Below are positions 23,681-38,900 of a stretch of 64,000 nt of DNA, piece by piece. Origin of the DNA: Azolla caroliniana (Eukaryota > Plantae > Polypodiophyta); the NCBI GenBank assembly GCA_043228905.1, contig JBHGNT010000018.1, positions 14,384,001-14,448,000 of the forward strand, in the 5' to 3' direction. The number at the start of each line of letters is the position of its first letter. Position 1 is the stretch's first letter. The position numbers were made by a program, and so were the translations under genes. The notes under the pieces were generated by a model. The model ran no database searches, had not been told where the DNA came from, and worked only from the letters and a program-made list of their open reading frames with translations.

Positions 23681-25268
23681 TATAGGACAAAGAGAAGCAA
23701 AGAACTACCAAGCAAAGATGAGCAAATGAGATTGGCGACGGAAGAACGAATGGACGGAATGAAGAACCGAATACTGACGACGACGGACGTGACAATCGGT
23801 TGACAGCGACAGAGCCTAACAACGACAAAGAGAGGAAGAGTGTGCGTTGCACATCACATTTTGTCTCGGTTCGTTCCTTCTGTCTATATTTGCCACATCC
23901 GCAACCCCCAAGCCTCCACATCATCCCTGCATTTGCCACATCAGCAGCCTCGACCACGTCATCCCCTACATTTGTTACATCTTACTCTACTAACACTTGC
24001 GTCTTCTGTTCGAAACCCAATTTCCTCACTTCACACAATATCTCTTAATTCACTAGATGCCACTGGCCATTTTGGAATGTAGAACCTGGACATTATAACC
24101 CTAAACCTTACTCCAATTACACACATCCACACTAAATTCATACACCTCCAAATCATCCTAGCCATTAGGCATGAAAGAAATTGATGCCTACTATATTCCA
24201 ATTCCACCAATAAAAAAGAAACACATTCCTTTAGCAATGTTTCTTTTTTTAATGCATCCCCCAGCAGTAAAGCTCCAACCATAACTCTCCAAATGATGAT
24301 CTTGTTGTTCGAAAGACCATTAATCTTCTTTGTGACACCAACATAACATCCTTGATTGTTACCTAAATCTAGACATCTAACTAAATTGAAGGTTAGGAAA
24401 TTATTTACCTTCCCACCTCAACAACCTTGATGATGCCAAAACCTCCATTTTGTTAATGAATGTGCACATTCACTCTATTGTGGAGGATGTCATCACACAA
24501 AACCTAACATACTTTGACAATATGTCAACAAATGATTAACTATGAGAGACCTTGCACATTTGACACCCCTTTCAGAATTAATGACATTCCACCAATTAAC
24601 ATCAATCGTCATGTTTCCACTCATGATTCCTATCTTCTCTATGAAGTATGCCACCATTTCAGTCAAAGGTTGTACACCCTCAAACATAAATCAAATGAAA
24701 GTAAATCAACGAGCCACCATATGCTCATATGGATTCAATGTTAATGTCCCACCAAGACGCTTTGAAGTACAAACGTGATCCCATGCTAATCATGTCAAGG
24801 CACTTTTCCGTTTTCTCTTCCGTAACAACATCTGCATTGAGTGTCACACCATTTCAATAGCTTTCTTCAACCATAGTAACAAAGGAGGCTAATAAGACAC
24901 CATAGAGACCATAATCGATTGGACCACCTTAAGACATACATGAAAATGACAAATTTGAGATCTCAAATACATAAACTTATCCTCCAATTTTTAGATACCC
25001 GCTCAATAAGTTTCGCATGAGAAACTTCCACCCCAATTGGATACCCAAGGTGATTACAAATAATACAACGATGTACTATCCTTCCTAGTCACCCTAACCC
25101 TAAAAGATCTTGTTTTGTACATGAAATGAGGACATATTTATGTATATTAATCCTCAACCTTGAAGCATTTGAAAAACATTCCTAGACATCTCTTGTCTTA
25201 CTAATACTTTTGCAATTAGATGCCAAAAACATGATATGGTCATTTGCGTGAGCTTAAACAATACATGG

Positions 25269-25766
25269 TGTCACAATACAGTGACATAAAATACCTGGTT
25301 GGTGAGGATTGAACCTACAACCTCACGTCAAGAAAATGTCATATTCATCCATTTTGATATGAACATGTATTTATATGTACTTGATTTAGAAATACTCTTT
25401 AGTTAGTCACATACCTCGAGAAAGTTCTAGAACTAGAAGGTTCTAGAGGGTTCTAGAATATTCTCTAGAATATTCTAATTTGCATGTACTTCAGCTCAAA
25501 GTATAAATACTTGTAACCTCCTTGGTCCCTTTCAAGGGATTCAACACCAATCATTGACCTATCAATCTAGTATTCTCATTTCATTCCATCTTGTCTCCTT
25601 CATCTCTGTCGTCATGCTCTCCATAGCTTCCTAAGTTTATAGCCTCATCACTCATAGATTCTAGAGTTCCTAACCTCGTCACTTCCAGTTCCACATCCGT
25701 AGCCTTATCAGTCATAGCCTCGTCATCCGTGCTCCGTCGTAGTTCGCGGTTGGTGTGCCTGTGACA
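25269..25766. mobile_element. Solo LTR, paralog of 5842-6310, TSD CATGG
   Basis: TGTCACA...TGTGACA with flanking CATGG, same site as in unit 1. Confidence 0.8.
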
Positions 25767-25841
25767 CATGGGTTCCTTGATGGCAACCTCAGTCCAAGCA
25801 ATTCTTCTTCTATAGCCATATTGTGTAATTTAATAGGAATA

Positions 25842-25844
<3 letters not shown>

Positions 25845-25899
<55 letters not shown>

Positions 25900-25910
25900 G
25901 TGTGTGTGTG

Positions 25911-25942
<32 letters not shown>

Positions 25943-25994
25943 TGTATGTATGCATGTACATGTATATAGATACCCCCCCCCCCCCCCCCCCCCC
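25845..25994. repeat. Compound microsatellite (TC)n(TG)n(TATG)n plus C22 run
   Basis: Read directly from the sequence. Confidence 0.9.
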
Positions 25995-26340
25995 AAAAGG
26001 AATGGGCCATCAACTCTATGTATGTAATGCATCCTTCTTATATTCAACATATATTTGGTGAATGACCATGGGGAGGCGTCTTCGATCTCTACTTGACTTT
26101 TGATTTGTAACTTGAAGTTCATCCCTTAGAAGAGGTATATGGACTCCTTACAATACTTTGGTAGAGATGGCTTGTGGTTTTTGTTTTGTCACCTGTGACT
26201 ACTTCCTCCCAAGAAATGTGAGTCATTCAATTATCACTAAAATGATGGAGTGAGTTGTAAAAGCTTGGATTGTGTAACCTACATTGCAATGCTCCTGGTT
26301 GATATACCATATATAATGTAGGACACTTAGGTGCATGATG

Positions 26341-26926
26341 TGTTGGGAATATGTCCCTCCAGTGGGAGGATGATCCGACTGTTCGGAAAGCCGACAATCG
26401 AAGAGTCGAAAAACAGGAGCCGAGTTGATGAGGGACTCAGCCTCAGCTGATAGGCCAAGGCTGAAACCGGAATCGTGTATATAGCCAACTCGGGAGACTA
26501 TGTTTTGTAAATAGTCTAAGAGTGTGCCCCATGAGGGCTATGTATGTAAATAACCGGAAAGTTGCGTAAGTATATATGCAACTAGGGAAAACTTTTAGAT
26601 GTGACGAACAATGTATGAACAAAACTTGTAGAACGTGAGAGAGAGGGAGAGAAGCGTGAGCCATGCCATAGTTGTGTGTGTAACCGCAGACGCGAAGAGC
26701 CCTGTGCGGCTGATGCACTCGCAGGAGAGTGTTGTAATCTTCTCTGTATTGTATATCCACTATTTGTATAGTGAAGAATCTGTTCACCCGTGGTTTTCCC
26801 CGTTTTAGGGTTTCCACGTAAAACTCTGTGTACATTTGTTTATCTTGTCTTTCTGCCATTTCTATGATTCGTATTTCAGCATTGTCTATTCATAGTGAAT
26901 TAAATTTCCGCATTGATTTCTCAACA
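26341..26926 (+). mobile_element. Solo LTR (586 bp) related to the copia A LTR, TSD TGATG
   Basis: TGTTGGGAA...TTCTCAACA; TGATG at 26336-26340 and 26927-26931; shares cccgtggttttccc...ggtttccacgt with 13497-13530. Confidence 0.9.
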
Positions 26927-29900
26927 TGATGCACATTAATAAGTTCTCCACAAACTCGTTGGACGATTCATTTTTGGGTATGGGAATGACCACTTCCAAT
27001 CAAGATTTCTAATTATCATTACCCAAATGATCTTTGATCAAATGCATATACATGAATCTTCCATAATAATACTTTGAAGAAACTTGATATGGGCATGGTG
27101 CATTTGTTTTGGCATTGCCTTTTGAAGGGCAAAACTTCCATGGAGAATGTGTTGTAATCTATTTTTTGAGGAGCAAGTTGTTGCGATAATGCATGACCTC
27201 CCTTCCAAAATTCATCAAAGAACGTTGCTTGATACTTGAAATTGCAATTAAAAAGTTGTGAAGTACTAGCTTTCCACATCAACACCACCATTTTCTTGTA
27301 GCTTCGAATTTCATAGTTGCAATAAGTTAACCTTAAAAATGTATAAACATTAATATGTGTAAAGATAAAAGTATTCCATTGTGCTTTAGGACATAATGCC
27401 TTATTATATGTATAACTTTGATTAGGATATGAAAGTTGTTTCGCAATGCGAATGCAAGTGTCAATGTTGATGCTCTTGAACAAAAGTAATGAAAAAATGG
27501 TCATTGATTAACTGCCCTTTAAATGTAAATGTTTGTTGAAAAGTTAATTTTTTTTATTATGTTACTGCCCACAACTAAAAAAGATCAAAAACCAGATAGA
27601 GTTACATTTTATAAATCGCATGGAATATGAAGATTGACATCAGTTTTAGCCACACAACAGACATTAAATTTGGCATGCATAGGATGGTGGTGTCTGTTAT
27701 TATTACCAAAGGAATTATTCCTTGAAGTTGTATCTTATGTGCACTTTATCTTTTGGAATTCGTTTTAGTTGTAGATGTGGGTTTACATATATTTAAAATT
27801 AGTTTCATCAATGCTAACATAACTTTGCTACACATATTTCTCCACCACATCATTCATTCATGTTTGATATATGGGTTGGGCTTTGACATCTAAGCTCACT
27901 TTGTAATTTCAAGTCCTCCATAGTATAAAAGATATTTTAAAACATAATTCCCTTTTAGTTTTTTAGTGCGATTCTAGCCCATTAATGTTGATGGTTATTC
28001 TCTATCGTTGATGTGGGTTTTGTTCTTGTACATTGAGTTTCCTGATCTATGCCTATTTGCTATGTCTACCTTGCACAAACAACTAACATGCCCAATCCAT
28101 TATTATGGTTGGAAGTTATCTGAAATTAAATTGTTTGAGGTGTTCCTACTTAAAACATTCTTCTAAGAGGGTGCTATGACAATCTAAGTAGTGTTCTAGC
28201 TCAATTGCCTTTTGCTTGCTACCTGTCTTGTATTTTTTATTTGGATTGGAGAAAGTTGGATATGAGTGGCACTATTCATCAATGCATAGTTTGAGGATGT
28301 ACATCGTTTACATAAATTAACAAAGAGAATTAGAGTGACCTAGAGTTGAGTGACAAACACACTTATAATTGTGCACAATCACACTTATAATTGTGCCACT
28401 CAGATGACTTACATATGTTATATGGTGGGTCATTATTCGACCTATCTACTTTTAAAGATTTATTCATTGGGCCCCTTGACCAATATCTGTTATCATACTA
28501 AAAATAATATATGACATAATTAAGTATATCTATTTTTATTCCTCTATTGTTCTTTTCTTTCTCACTTTCCCCCTCTTGCTCGACTACTTTTCCTCTCTAC
28601 CCTCATCTCATCTATCCTTGCCTTCACAATTCACTATGCGTACCTCACTACTCATTGTTCACCACCTCCTAATTCGTAGGTACATCACTTTTCTAATCAA
28701 TATGCCCACACTTCCACAATTATACCTTCCCCACACCCCTAGCACTCACTCCACCCTCTAAGCACATCTAGTAATAACTACATAATATCAATACTCAATA
28801 AATGGTTCATACATAAATAAATAATACATAATCATAATCATCATATAAGATTCATACAAGCACAATAAAAATAAAAACAATCATCATAATGAATCGTGAG
28901 CTGAATACATAGCTAAACATAAGAAATTATCAATATGATACTTAAGCCCATTTAAAAAGAAAAAAAATATACAACAGAGGAAGGAAAAAGAAAAATCTCA
29001 TGCGAATGAGGCCCACGGAAGAGACTCAACCTATGTTGCTTGCTACCATGCATTGATAACGACAACACCACCACATAAGTTATGCCAATGATTCACTATG
29101 ATGATGACCTACACCCACCCACCTCACACCCCTCTCCTACCCACTAACTTTTTACTTCTTCTTAATCTCAAGTAGCCCTCTTCCTTGCCAACACCTTCCT
29201 TAGAGCACCCAAGAGTATGCATACATTAGGTCGGGGGAGATGTTAAGTATCAACTAGACATCTCACTCCAATGGCCTTGTGTAGGAATACACTAAAGACA
29301 ACTTAGAGAAGAAGGGAAATAGATAGGGAGAGCCAAAGTAACATTATAATGAGCTATAAAGGTAGTATGATGTATCTATAAACTTATATACCTTCCCAAA
29401 TGTGAAAGTTATATATGTAGTTGTAATTTGGCTAAATAACGAGGAACCATAAAGGTGAAATTATAAAACTTTTACATGGGTTCTCTCTTAGCTAAACATA
29501 CGCCACAACTAAAATTTAAGTCTCTCTCTTTCTCTCTCACCTTAATTATGTAATTGATTATAAGTTAAAAATACCTTTAATAACGTGTAATTATCTAAGA
29601 AAATTAATGGACGCGAAGTCGAGTTGACAAGTTCCTGTCATCTCGCTCTTCCATTGTGTACACTTTGTGTGTGGTGAAGTCTCATGTGTTGAAGCATTTA
29701 TTTAATATTGTAGAAGTAATTAAGTTGTAGAGTGAGTTTAGAGTTTGCTTTAGTAGTTAGTCTTGTGTAAGTAGGTGGGGGGTTGTTAAGGCTCAACCTC
29801 ACCCATGTCTCCAACAAAAAGGGTAGACAATGGTACTTCCTCTCACACTAATGTCAACGTGGTATTGAAGTAAGAACTAGCTACCGATAAGGGTATCCAA

Positions 29901-30759
29901 AAACATCGCAATTGCCACTGTAGACGATTCATTTCCACTTCCCTTCACCAACTCTATTCTATAAGTAGGTGCACATGGAGCATGTGTTTTTGTCATGTTT
30001 GTCCTAAAAATAACATCATTCTAACGAATTATTATGGAGATATTTGGGACACCCATTCAAATGCCAACCACATAATGTTAACAACATTTAGTTCTTGAAT
30101 TCAACTTTATAAATGGCCAATCACTACACAATCGAAGCTAGAGATTCTTATTGCCTATGGAGTGCCATTAAGTTGCATCTTTGTTTTGTAGACTCGAATG
30201 AACTTTGAGATGTTCCTTCGAATGAGAAAATTTATGTTGTTCTCAATTGTTAATCCTAGATTAAAGTTTGGTTTATTGGAGTTGATGAGATTGTGAGAAT
30301 GATGATATGATTTCTCCTATCACTGCTCTCATGTTCGGTGCATCAATTTTGTGTCGTGAAAGTGTGTGCACTTCTGTTAACGTGCAATGTAACCCCGAGG
30401 ATTCTAAACCGAGAGAGATCTCGTAGATTTTTCTAACTTTAGAGTCCTTTTTATCTCCATAGGTTGCTTCCCACTCTTAGCTCTTAGCACTCCTCTCACT
30501 CCTAGTTCTTCCCTCAATCCGACACTTCTCACTTCTTGGTCCTTTCGCCCATACTCTCATCTCACCACTAGCATACATTGAGCACCCAGTTAATTACAAC
30601 ACAATCGTTCATTAATCAAGTTTATGATTGCATACATAATTAGGTCTTTGTCTCCCCATCAATATCTTAATCTACTAATCTCCCACAAATCAACAAGATT
30701 GCAGAGCCTAAGCCTTGTCTTTCATAGCTCAATGGCGTTTCAGACATGAGACTCCTATT

Positions 30760-31030
30760 CTGTCGGATGGTCGGTAGGGAATTCCATAGAGTCGTCATGT
30801 TGAGAGCATAACATGGCTATGTCTAGACATTGTCCACCATGACATACATCAAACCACATCAATCCGAAGTCTACATTGGGATCATAGAAGGTAGCTTATT
30901 GTGTAGTTGTTGGGATCATATAAGACACATCATTGGAACATTAGCAAGAACTCCATGCTAGCCTGTCAAAGCTTGGATAGTGACATGGTGGACAATGTTC
31001 ATACCAATGGGCTACCTAGCCATCCAAAAA
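30760..31030. repeat. Imperfect fold-back (MITE-like remnant)
   Basis: acattgtccaccatg (30827-30841) vs catggtggacaatgt (30985-30999), with weaker outer pairing. Confidence 0.35.
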
Positions 31031-32990
31031 TAAATTGAACCTAATGATCTAGAAGGCATGTGTGTTTGCAAGACGATGAGTGCTAGGAGATGTTATTTGC
31101 TTGTAGGTTGTGAGGAAGGCAATAACACATGCTTTGATGTCACCTTTAGTGTAACATTTGGGATAGGTATAGGGCATGGTTTCTTCATTGGGGCATGATT
31201 AAATAACTAGATAACGACTAAGATGTTGAGGAGGACTTGGAGAATATTAGTTGCATGTAGTTGAAGAGCACGTGTGGCTTCGTGTCCAAGTGTCATGGAA
31301 GAATTGTACATGTCTTGGTTGTGAGCCAATATTTTGTCATGGTTGGTGATGGACATGGCAAGCACAAAATTACAAAATAAACTCGAGAGATAAATTGTGC
31401 AAGAGACCAAAAGTCTCAAAACAAAACAAAAAAACAAGTGAATATCAAGTGCTTTTCAGTAAAGCAAGTTATAGGTAGAAATCTTGTTGGCTATGTGATG
31501 TATGTATTTGATTGGGCCTTAGGCCTTGGTAAGAGGTAAAGTTGGAAAACTTAATGTAGGAGAGATCAAAATGCCGCAAAGGAAAAGTTAAATGAACTTT
31601 AAAAGTTAGTCATAAGCAAACCGAGTGGTCTATGTATGTGTTTGGGACCTTATGGACGCCAAAGACACTCAAGCCCTAGAAAAACTCAAATAGCTTCTTA
31701 TGTGAGAGACCAAAAAGATAACGTTAAGTAGATACATGATGTTCTGTCAAGCTAGTCATGTGAGATGTTGCGATGTGCATGTGATGAGGGCCATCATAAT
31801 ACCAACTATTAGTGTGGGTAAAAGAAAGGTGGGTCATGGAGTAATGCAAAGCACAAGGTCATGGTCACAATGTGGGCTTCAATGGCAGGCTCTTTTTTTG
31901 CATGTATAAGGAGATTATATTAGAAAGCAAACAATACATACTGCTACCAAGATTGGTGAAGCATCAACCCAAATCAGATAACACTTCCCAATACATCAAA
32001 AGGGCATAATATGGAGTTTTTGCCTATAAAATCGAACCTGAGACAAATGCTACAAACTTGAAGAATAGAAGAAATGCATTTGGTGGGATCTCTCTGCTTT
32101 CAACTTTAACTTCATAAAAGAATTGATGCATACAATGAGATTTTTTACCATGTTGAATCTTGCAAACGTCAATTGAAACTACCTGTCTTTTATGTCACCA
32201 TACAAAGATAGGTCTGTGATTGAGAACTGTAGCTAATAATGAAACAAAACCTGATTCAAGGATCTTTGATGTACAAGTTTGAGATGTTTGGATGCTGATG
32301 ACAGCACTTATTGTATCACCTCCTTAATTTGTAATAATCATTAATTTAAAACAATTTAATGGTGATTCTCTTTCAATGTTTCGACGCCACATGGGCTCAG
32401 CACTCTATTTCATTTCGCAAATAGTGCTAAAAAGAAACTCTATCTAGCAATAGGAGTTGCAACCTGTGGAAGTTCTCCCTCATTCACCCTCACAATTAAG
32501 TATACACAGTTTATGGTATTAGTTACTGCAAACAAGGACAACTATGGATGTCTATTTAGCATGGTGATATATATTATCCACACCCCAGATTAGGAGCACA
32601 ACGATTCAATTGCTATGGGGGATGTGCTGCTAATGATTCTCTATGAGTCTCTGTAATCATATTAGTCTAATATTTCGGAATTTTCTTAGGTGGACCAAAA
32701 TCATAATGTATTGCTGCTAGCAAGACGTTCATCACAAAACAACACCCACATCATAACCAACTGCTAGCAGCATATTCACAGATAAAGCAAAGCTAGTTAG
32801 CACACATAGAATTGTACTGCTCTTCATGACATGCAAATTTCAGCTCTTTTCATTAATATTGACTTTCCAATACAACCATGATGATGACCACCTCTGTAAT
32901 ATTCACATCTATCTGGTTACCATCTATATAGTTAAGGTAGGCTTTCCTAATCCATCCGAGTATTCATTGACCATGAATGGAGTTTCAGAT

Positions 32991-35900
32991 TTACCAACAG
33001 CTCGTTGTATTCTGCTCCAAGATACATTTTAACATCATCCAAAGTTAGCACTCATTAGGAATTAATTGAAATAAAAAAGTATCAGAAACTATTTAAGATA
33101 CTTTGTTGGACCTGCTTCTTGTGCTTGTAGTCTAAAAAACAGTAGTATAGCTGAGACTGCTTTTCGACCAGTGTTCGCAGATCCTTCAAACCATGTTTAC
33201 AGAATGAAGTATGATTAGTTCAAATTTTGAATAATTAGGTTTGCTTGATATATTGCTAGCATTGAATGCAATATCTCAAAACCATTTACGCACCTTATGT
33301 GTCTCTACTAACTCGCTTTCCAATAACCCTACTCGCTCTAATGAGGCATCCAGGAATGCATATTTTGCAGCATTAAGTTCATGAGTTCTGCTGAGTAGAC
33401 TTACGATCTCCTCCAACTTACAGATCCTTGTTTGCACATCCAAAGAAGTATTGGCAGAAGATGGTCTATACATAGCACATCGAGAAGCATCACTCAATCT
33501 GTGCTCATCCAAGGATATCCGCTTCCCAGTACCATTATTGTGTTGATGGTAAAGATGCCGAAGTCCTGCAATAACATTCATAACAGCAGCCACAGCAGCT
33601 TCTACCATCCCATTTGGAACCTTCCAAAATGAGGGCCTGCATATTTTTATTATACCTGAGCTTCCTGTTGAATTAACTAACATCAGGCATTCACTATGTG
33701 ATAACCAATGCTCAAGTGAGAGTTCAAATTTCAATTGTATACTTGTGCTGCGTTCAACCAATTTCTAACCTGCTGTATATCTGGCCCTACTCGTACTTCT
33801 CAAACCGTTATGAATGGCCCTATTTGTTGCTTGTCTACATTCTTGTTCAGATGATTCCGCAGTATCTGATGATCTTCGTTTCTGAATGGGCCTCGCCTTT
33901 GACAATAAATAAAGAGCATATCATTGTTGGAAGTAATCAAAAGGTCATTAATGCAAAAATAACAATAGGACCATTCTTTCAGGATATGAACTTAGGGGAC
34001 CAGAACTCTTGAAGTTTGCGCACAAGAATGCTAGGGCTGGTCATGAAACCTGATTGAGGATAGAATTTTAACTAATGAGCAATCACGACTCATGGAATAT
34101 GTGTGATGCATGCAAGAAGAACTAAACTAAATCCATGGGTACAAATCTGACTGCTCTGCAATACCCATCATATTGTAAGCAATCTCCAACCTGGTTCATC
34201 ATTCCTCATGTCAATGCATCCCTATTCCTCATTGGAAGGTCATCTGGTAGTTGATTGTCCACCACATTTGACAAAGAAGATTAGCATTTACTTACTGTGC
34301 AAGTTATCATTTACAAAAACGGGAAGGTTCATAGGTGCATGTGCATGACCTTTAGAAACAAGATAATGGTCATGTGTTCTATTCAGAGAAATCCAGGTAG
34401 CGGCATTCCATATCTAATGTGCGAGGTTCTTGCTAAGGTATCGGATCTCCAGCATGTGTACACACCATTATCTGGAGGGATGTTATGAAACTGGAGCTGA
34501 GAACTTGCAATAAAACACCAATTTAACTCAAATTTTACCACCAGAGAAATCTTCTAAAAATTAAGGAATGCCTCCTCAAGAGTTTGCACTCATTAATCCT
34601 GCTGATATAATATTGGCCCTAATATTGGCACCTGTTTCAGCATTTCCTTTATTGATAGAATAGAGCCCAAACTCTAAAGACACAAGTGGCTTCAGGTTCA
34701 CATTTCATCAAGCGCAGTATAAAAAAAGAGCAAATCAGCTACGAGACCTCCATCTTTTTCATTGATAGAGATTTGTTTAAAGAATGTCAGTCTTGCTAAT
34801 TCCGCCAAGTGTCACCTTTTCTAACATGTTATAGTCCACTCACTTCTATTTTTTTAAAGTGAAGTTATGTAGGGTTTAATAAAAGTCACAACTTTACAAC
34901 TAGACACCTCCAAATAAATTATAACTGAATGCTTACTGGCCAGACCACATGCCAGTACAGATGCATGCCAGCCAAGCTGCTATCAGGAGGTTCGTCCAAC
35001 CTGTGTTACTATGCGGTCTTGTTAGATAGGGACTCTCTCAGAAGCCATTTTATGGTATTTAATCTGGCCAAATTACATGAAAATACCTTGTGCTACCTTA
35101 CCCTTAAGGGCTCAACTAGCTCTCTGGCTATTGAGTCATCATTGTACAGGCTTCAATCTCCTTTGTGTATGTGGCCAGCTACACTGGCAATATCCACATT
35201 GACCACCTGAATCCTAAACACCCATCCTTAGTATTGTTGGTGCGAACAAGTGACAATGACCCTCTTAATAGTGTTCGACAAGAGAGTGGTAGATTTTAAT
35301 GCAGCATATGGTTTACCCTTTGGGTTAGCAACCTAGTCTATTATATGAAGAATAAAAAGAGTTCTAAAGTTAGTTCTCAGCTGTTGTATTTCTGTATCTG
35401 CTCACTTAGGATCGCATGATTTGGAGGTCTTGTTTGATCATTTCACCATTGCAAATGCGTTTGAATGTTCTATTATAATATAAATCTTTTTCTATCTCCA
35501 TTGTTTCCGTTTGTTATTGACTGTCTATGCATTCTCTATTTTCTGTGCAATAAAGAAGAGCTATAGTGACAGGAGATTTGAAAAACAAGTGGCAGCAAAG
35601 AAACAAGGAATGTGAATGCCCAGTCAAGCTAAATAGCTAGCTTTAGTAAGTGGTGAAATAGATATATTCAGCAAATCCTAGCAGCTTGCGATGCCACAAC
35701 CACCTGTGATGTCACAATGGAAGCTTGGTGAGGCGAACCACAGGTTGTTGTCAAGATGTTCAACATGTCGCAATCCTATGAGCTTCTAGACGTTGCTTAA
35801 ATTTGATGTTGAGCAGATGAAACAATATATTAAAAGAACTGGATTATAATGATCCACCGTTTGTAGTTGGTGTATAAGCATGGATACGGCAGAATGTGAC

Positions 35901-38900
35901 ACCATGTATGCAATAGTGGTTGGGACATCTGATGCAATGTTGGCAAACCAATTTTGGAGCCCAAAGTCTATATTGAGATGCTCAAGTTAGCTAAAGCTAG
36001 CATGATGATGTATCTGTTGACACACTCAGGAGTATAATGGCTTTGTTGCAACGTTAACCACTCTTTCCACTCTTGTATGTGACTCTTTCATAAGAAGGGA
36101 GGTTCCTACGCTGTGTAAAAACTCTATGTGAAACTACTTTCCTAGGTCATTATACTTCTCTTGAATTACCTTTATTTGTTGAGCATATGATATTTGTCCT
36201 CCACTAGATTTTCATTGCATACTTAGCATATCTTCATACTTAGGTGATGATGCCATGGTTCTATATTAACACCTAACTTGCGTGAGCAAGTTCAAAAAAG
36301 TGTTAGGGCTCTCAAAGAGCCAAGCCTCATGGATTTTTTTGACGTTCTGGCATTCTTACCATGTATTGGGGCCAATAGCGAGATTTAACATTTGCAACAT
36401 AATATTCCAATCTTGACATTTTAGCATCTTGCCATCCTTAGGGCCCCTAGTACTCTATCCTCGATGATCACACACTTCATAGCATCACCTGCGAACTCCA
36501 AAAGATCTTCTAGTCCTCATTTTTTAAACCATTTCATTATCTCAGACCCCAACCAGGTGAGAGGATTCTGCTCTTATTAGTTTTTGTACCTTGCATCCTA
36601 CATTCCAAGCCTGTTATAGCAATCAGGCATATTCTTCACTTTTGTGATGTACTCATATACTCTTTGCGTGGCTCACACCTCTATGGGTTGAGCATCTATT
36701 TCTAATAGCATGACAGAATAGGGTGTTAGGGCTTTAATTCCCAGTTATCTATGTTTTGCATAATGTTGCATTGGTTCTCGAGCATTAAATAACCATACCA
36801 ACTTACTTGAAGTCTGGACTCATAGCATACATTGATACCAAGATATTTGAAGCTTTGCACCATTTGTATTCGTTATCTCTATGTGTAAAAGTGGGGCTGT
36901 TTCTTGGTTATATTGCCTTTATTGTCATCATTTTTGTTTTGCCCACATTAACAATTAGCTTGCTGATTTGACAAAATGTTTCCAATACATAAAGTGAAGG
37001 GCAAAACGCCAAAAAAGAAACCCTTTGGCTGTGGATGCCACAAATATAGTGAGCCATGACAAATGGTTTCCACATTTGATACTTCTAGATTGGGGTCAAC
37101 CAAGAAGACGTCCATGAGAGTGGAATTGTGGATAGTAGGAGGGAGGAGAGGATAGTGTCATGCACATGGGTCTAAATGGCTTTGATAAAAGCATTGACAG
37201 ATAAATGTCTTTGATATACCGAAGCGATTGAGAGAGAAGTAAACATGGATAGCATGTGACAGATCAAGTTGCATTGCTGAAGAGAATAATCAAAAGTCCC
37301 ATGGGTGGACCAAGCACATGGACAACTCATTTTGGATGCGAGCATGAAGTTGGAGTATTGTTCTTTAGTGTACAATAGTGTGGAACTCTTTATGAGCACT
37401 TTGTTGGTTGCAAATATGCACTTAGCACACTCTTAACGGTAATCAACAAAAAGAGAGTGCATTTAATGCAGTATATATGGGTTAATCATTTTGGTTATGA
37501 ATGAATCAACATAGACATGGCTGAAACTAGCTCCACTTTGCATATATTTGCGCAACAAGGTGTTTAGCCCAACAAGTAAACCAAGTTCCTCCTATTAAAG
37601 AAGCTCCCACTGAACCTCAAAAACCTTCAGCTTTTGCAAACATTTAATCCTAGGTCTCTACAGGGCAAGTTATTCATTGATGATATTTCTTCTATTTCAC
37701 ACTAACAATAAACCAACTGAACAATACAATTCCTTTATAAGGATATAAAAATCAAGTTCTTAAATGAATAAAAACAAAATTTCTAAAAATTGTAAATTGA
37801 TTCTCTTGAGAAATAAACTACCCTCTTCATCACAAAAACAAGATCTCAAAGAATTGAACTTTGATTTCCTTAAATAAATAAACTACCCTTCATCACACAA
37901 ACAGCTGATTGTTCAATGTTTCAAAGATATGACAAATTAGCTATTGACTTTATTGGAACATAGATTCTAACAATGAGAAGATATTTTCAAGAAAGAAATT
38001 TACCTCTTCACAAACAGGGGTGAGTTTTGTGTCGAAGTAGTTGATATTACTCTGAGCTGATATAAAGTCATCCACATCTGATCCTGACTCTGCTGTGGAA
38101 ATATCCAGTCCTTTGGCCTAGTGAATATTCACAAAAGGTATTATAATAGAGTACCTTCAGAGAAATGCAAAAGACAAACACAGGAGATGCAAAGAACCAA
38201 ACTACATAGCATTTAATGTCAATGACAAGACAGAATGGCCCTCCTGTAGATGTAAAAGATTCCACAAGAAAGACTTTGAAAGGACCAATCTAGAAATATA
38301 CACACGTGGATATATACCTTTTTAAATATGACATGCTGAGATAATTTTCCATCAACACCATAAACTGTTACAATCTTTCGTGAATGTTGCACTTCTCCAT
38401 CTACAATTGCCTACCAAACACCACATCTTTTAGGTACAAAAGTATATACTTTTAAGGAAAATGGATATGTTCTACAAAAGAACAGACATATGTTTAAGAT
38501 TATGATGGATCATGGAAAAAATGAAGAGTTAATGATAAACACGAAACCTGCGAGGAGAGACCAAAATAATACCTGCATGATGAAAGGATCATTCCAAGGA
38601 CCTCTATCAGAACGAAGACATCCTCCTTTATTTGCACAACTACAAGTTCCACCTAAGAAGTCTGGAAGTTCTCTGTAGTAGCACCAGCAACAAATAATTA
38701 TAAGAAGAACTGTATATACCATACAATATTCACGATGCCAGCATAGATGAGTCTGTTCTACAATACCTTTCATCTATGTCTTCCAAAAGTCGACTTTGAT
38801 ACTTATTTCCTAAAACCTGTCTCCAAAAACAGATAGAAACTGAGGTCTTCTTGATTAATATATAAAATTCCAGTATGTAAGAAATATTAGAGAAACAATT

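Larger units (their letters stand above)
23690..26283 (+). repeat. Local duplication unit 2 (oxidoreductase upstream region without the CDS)
   Basis: Colinear with 4600-6525 plus 12860-13091; lacks the gypsy insertion. Confidence 0.9.

Noticed and set aside
27019-27504. 161-aa minus-strand ORF
   Set aside because: No recognisable domain; probably decayed TE sequence
35600-36900. Possible hAT transposase remnant in the long SFH intron
   Set aside because: Only faint peptide resemblance, no TIRs or TSD found; needs a TBLASTN/HMM search
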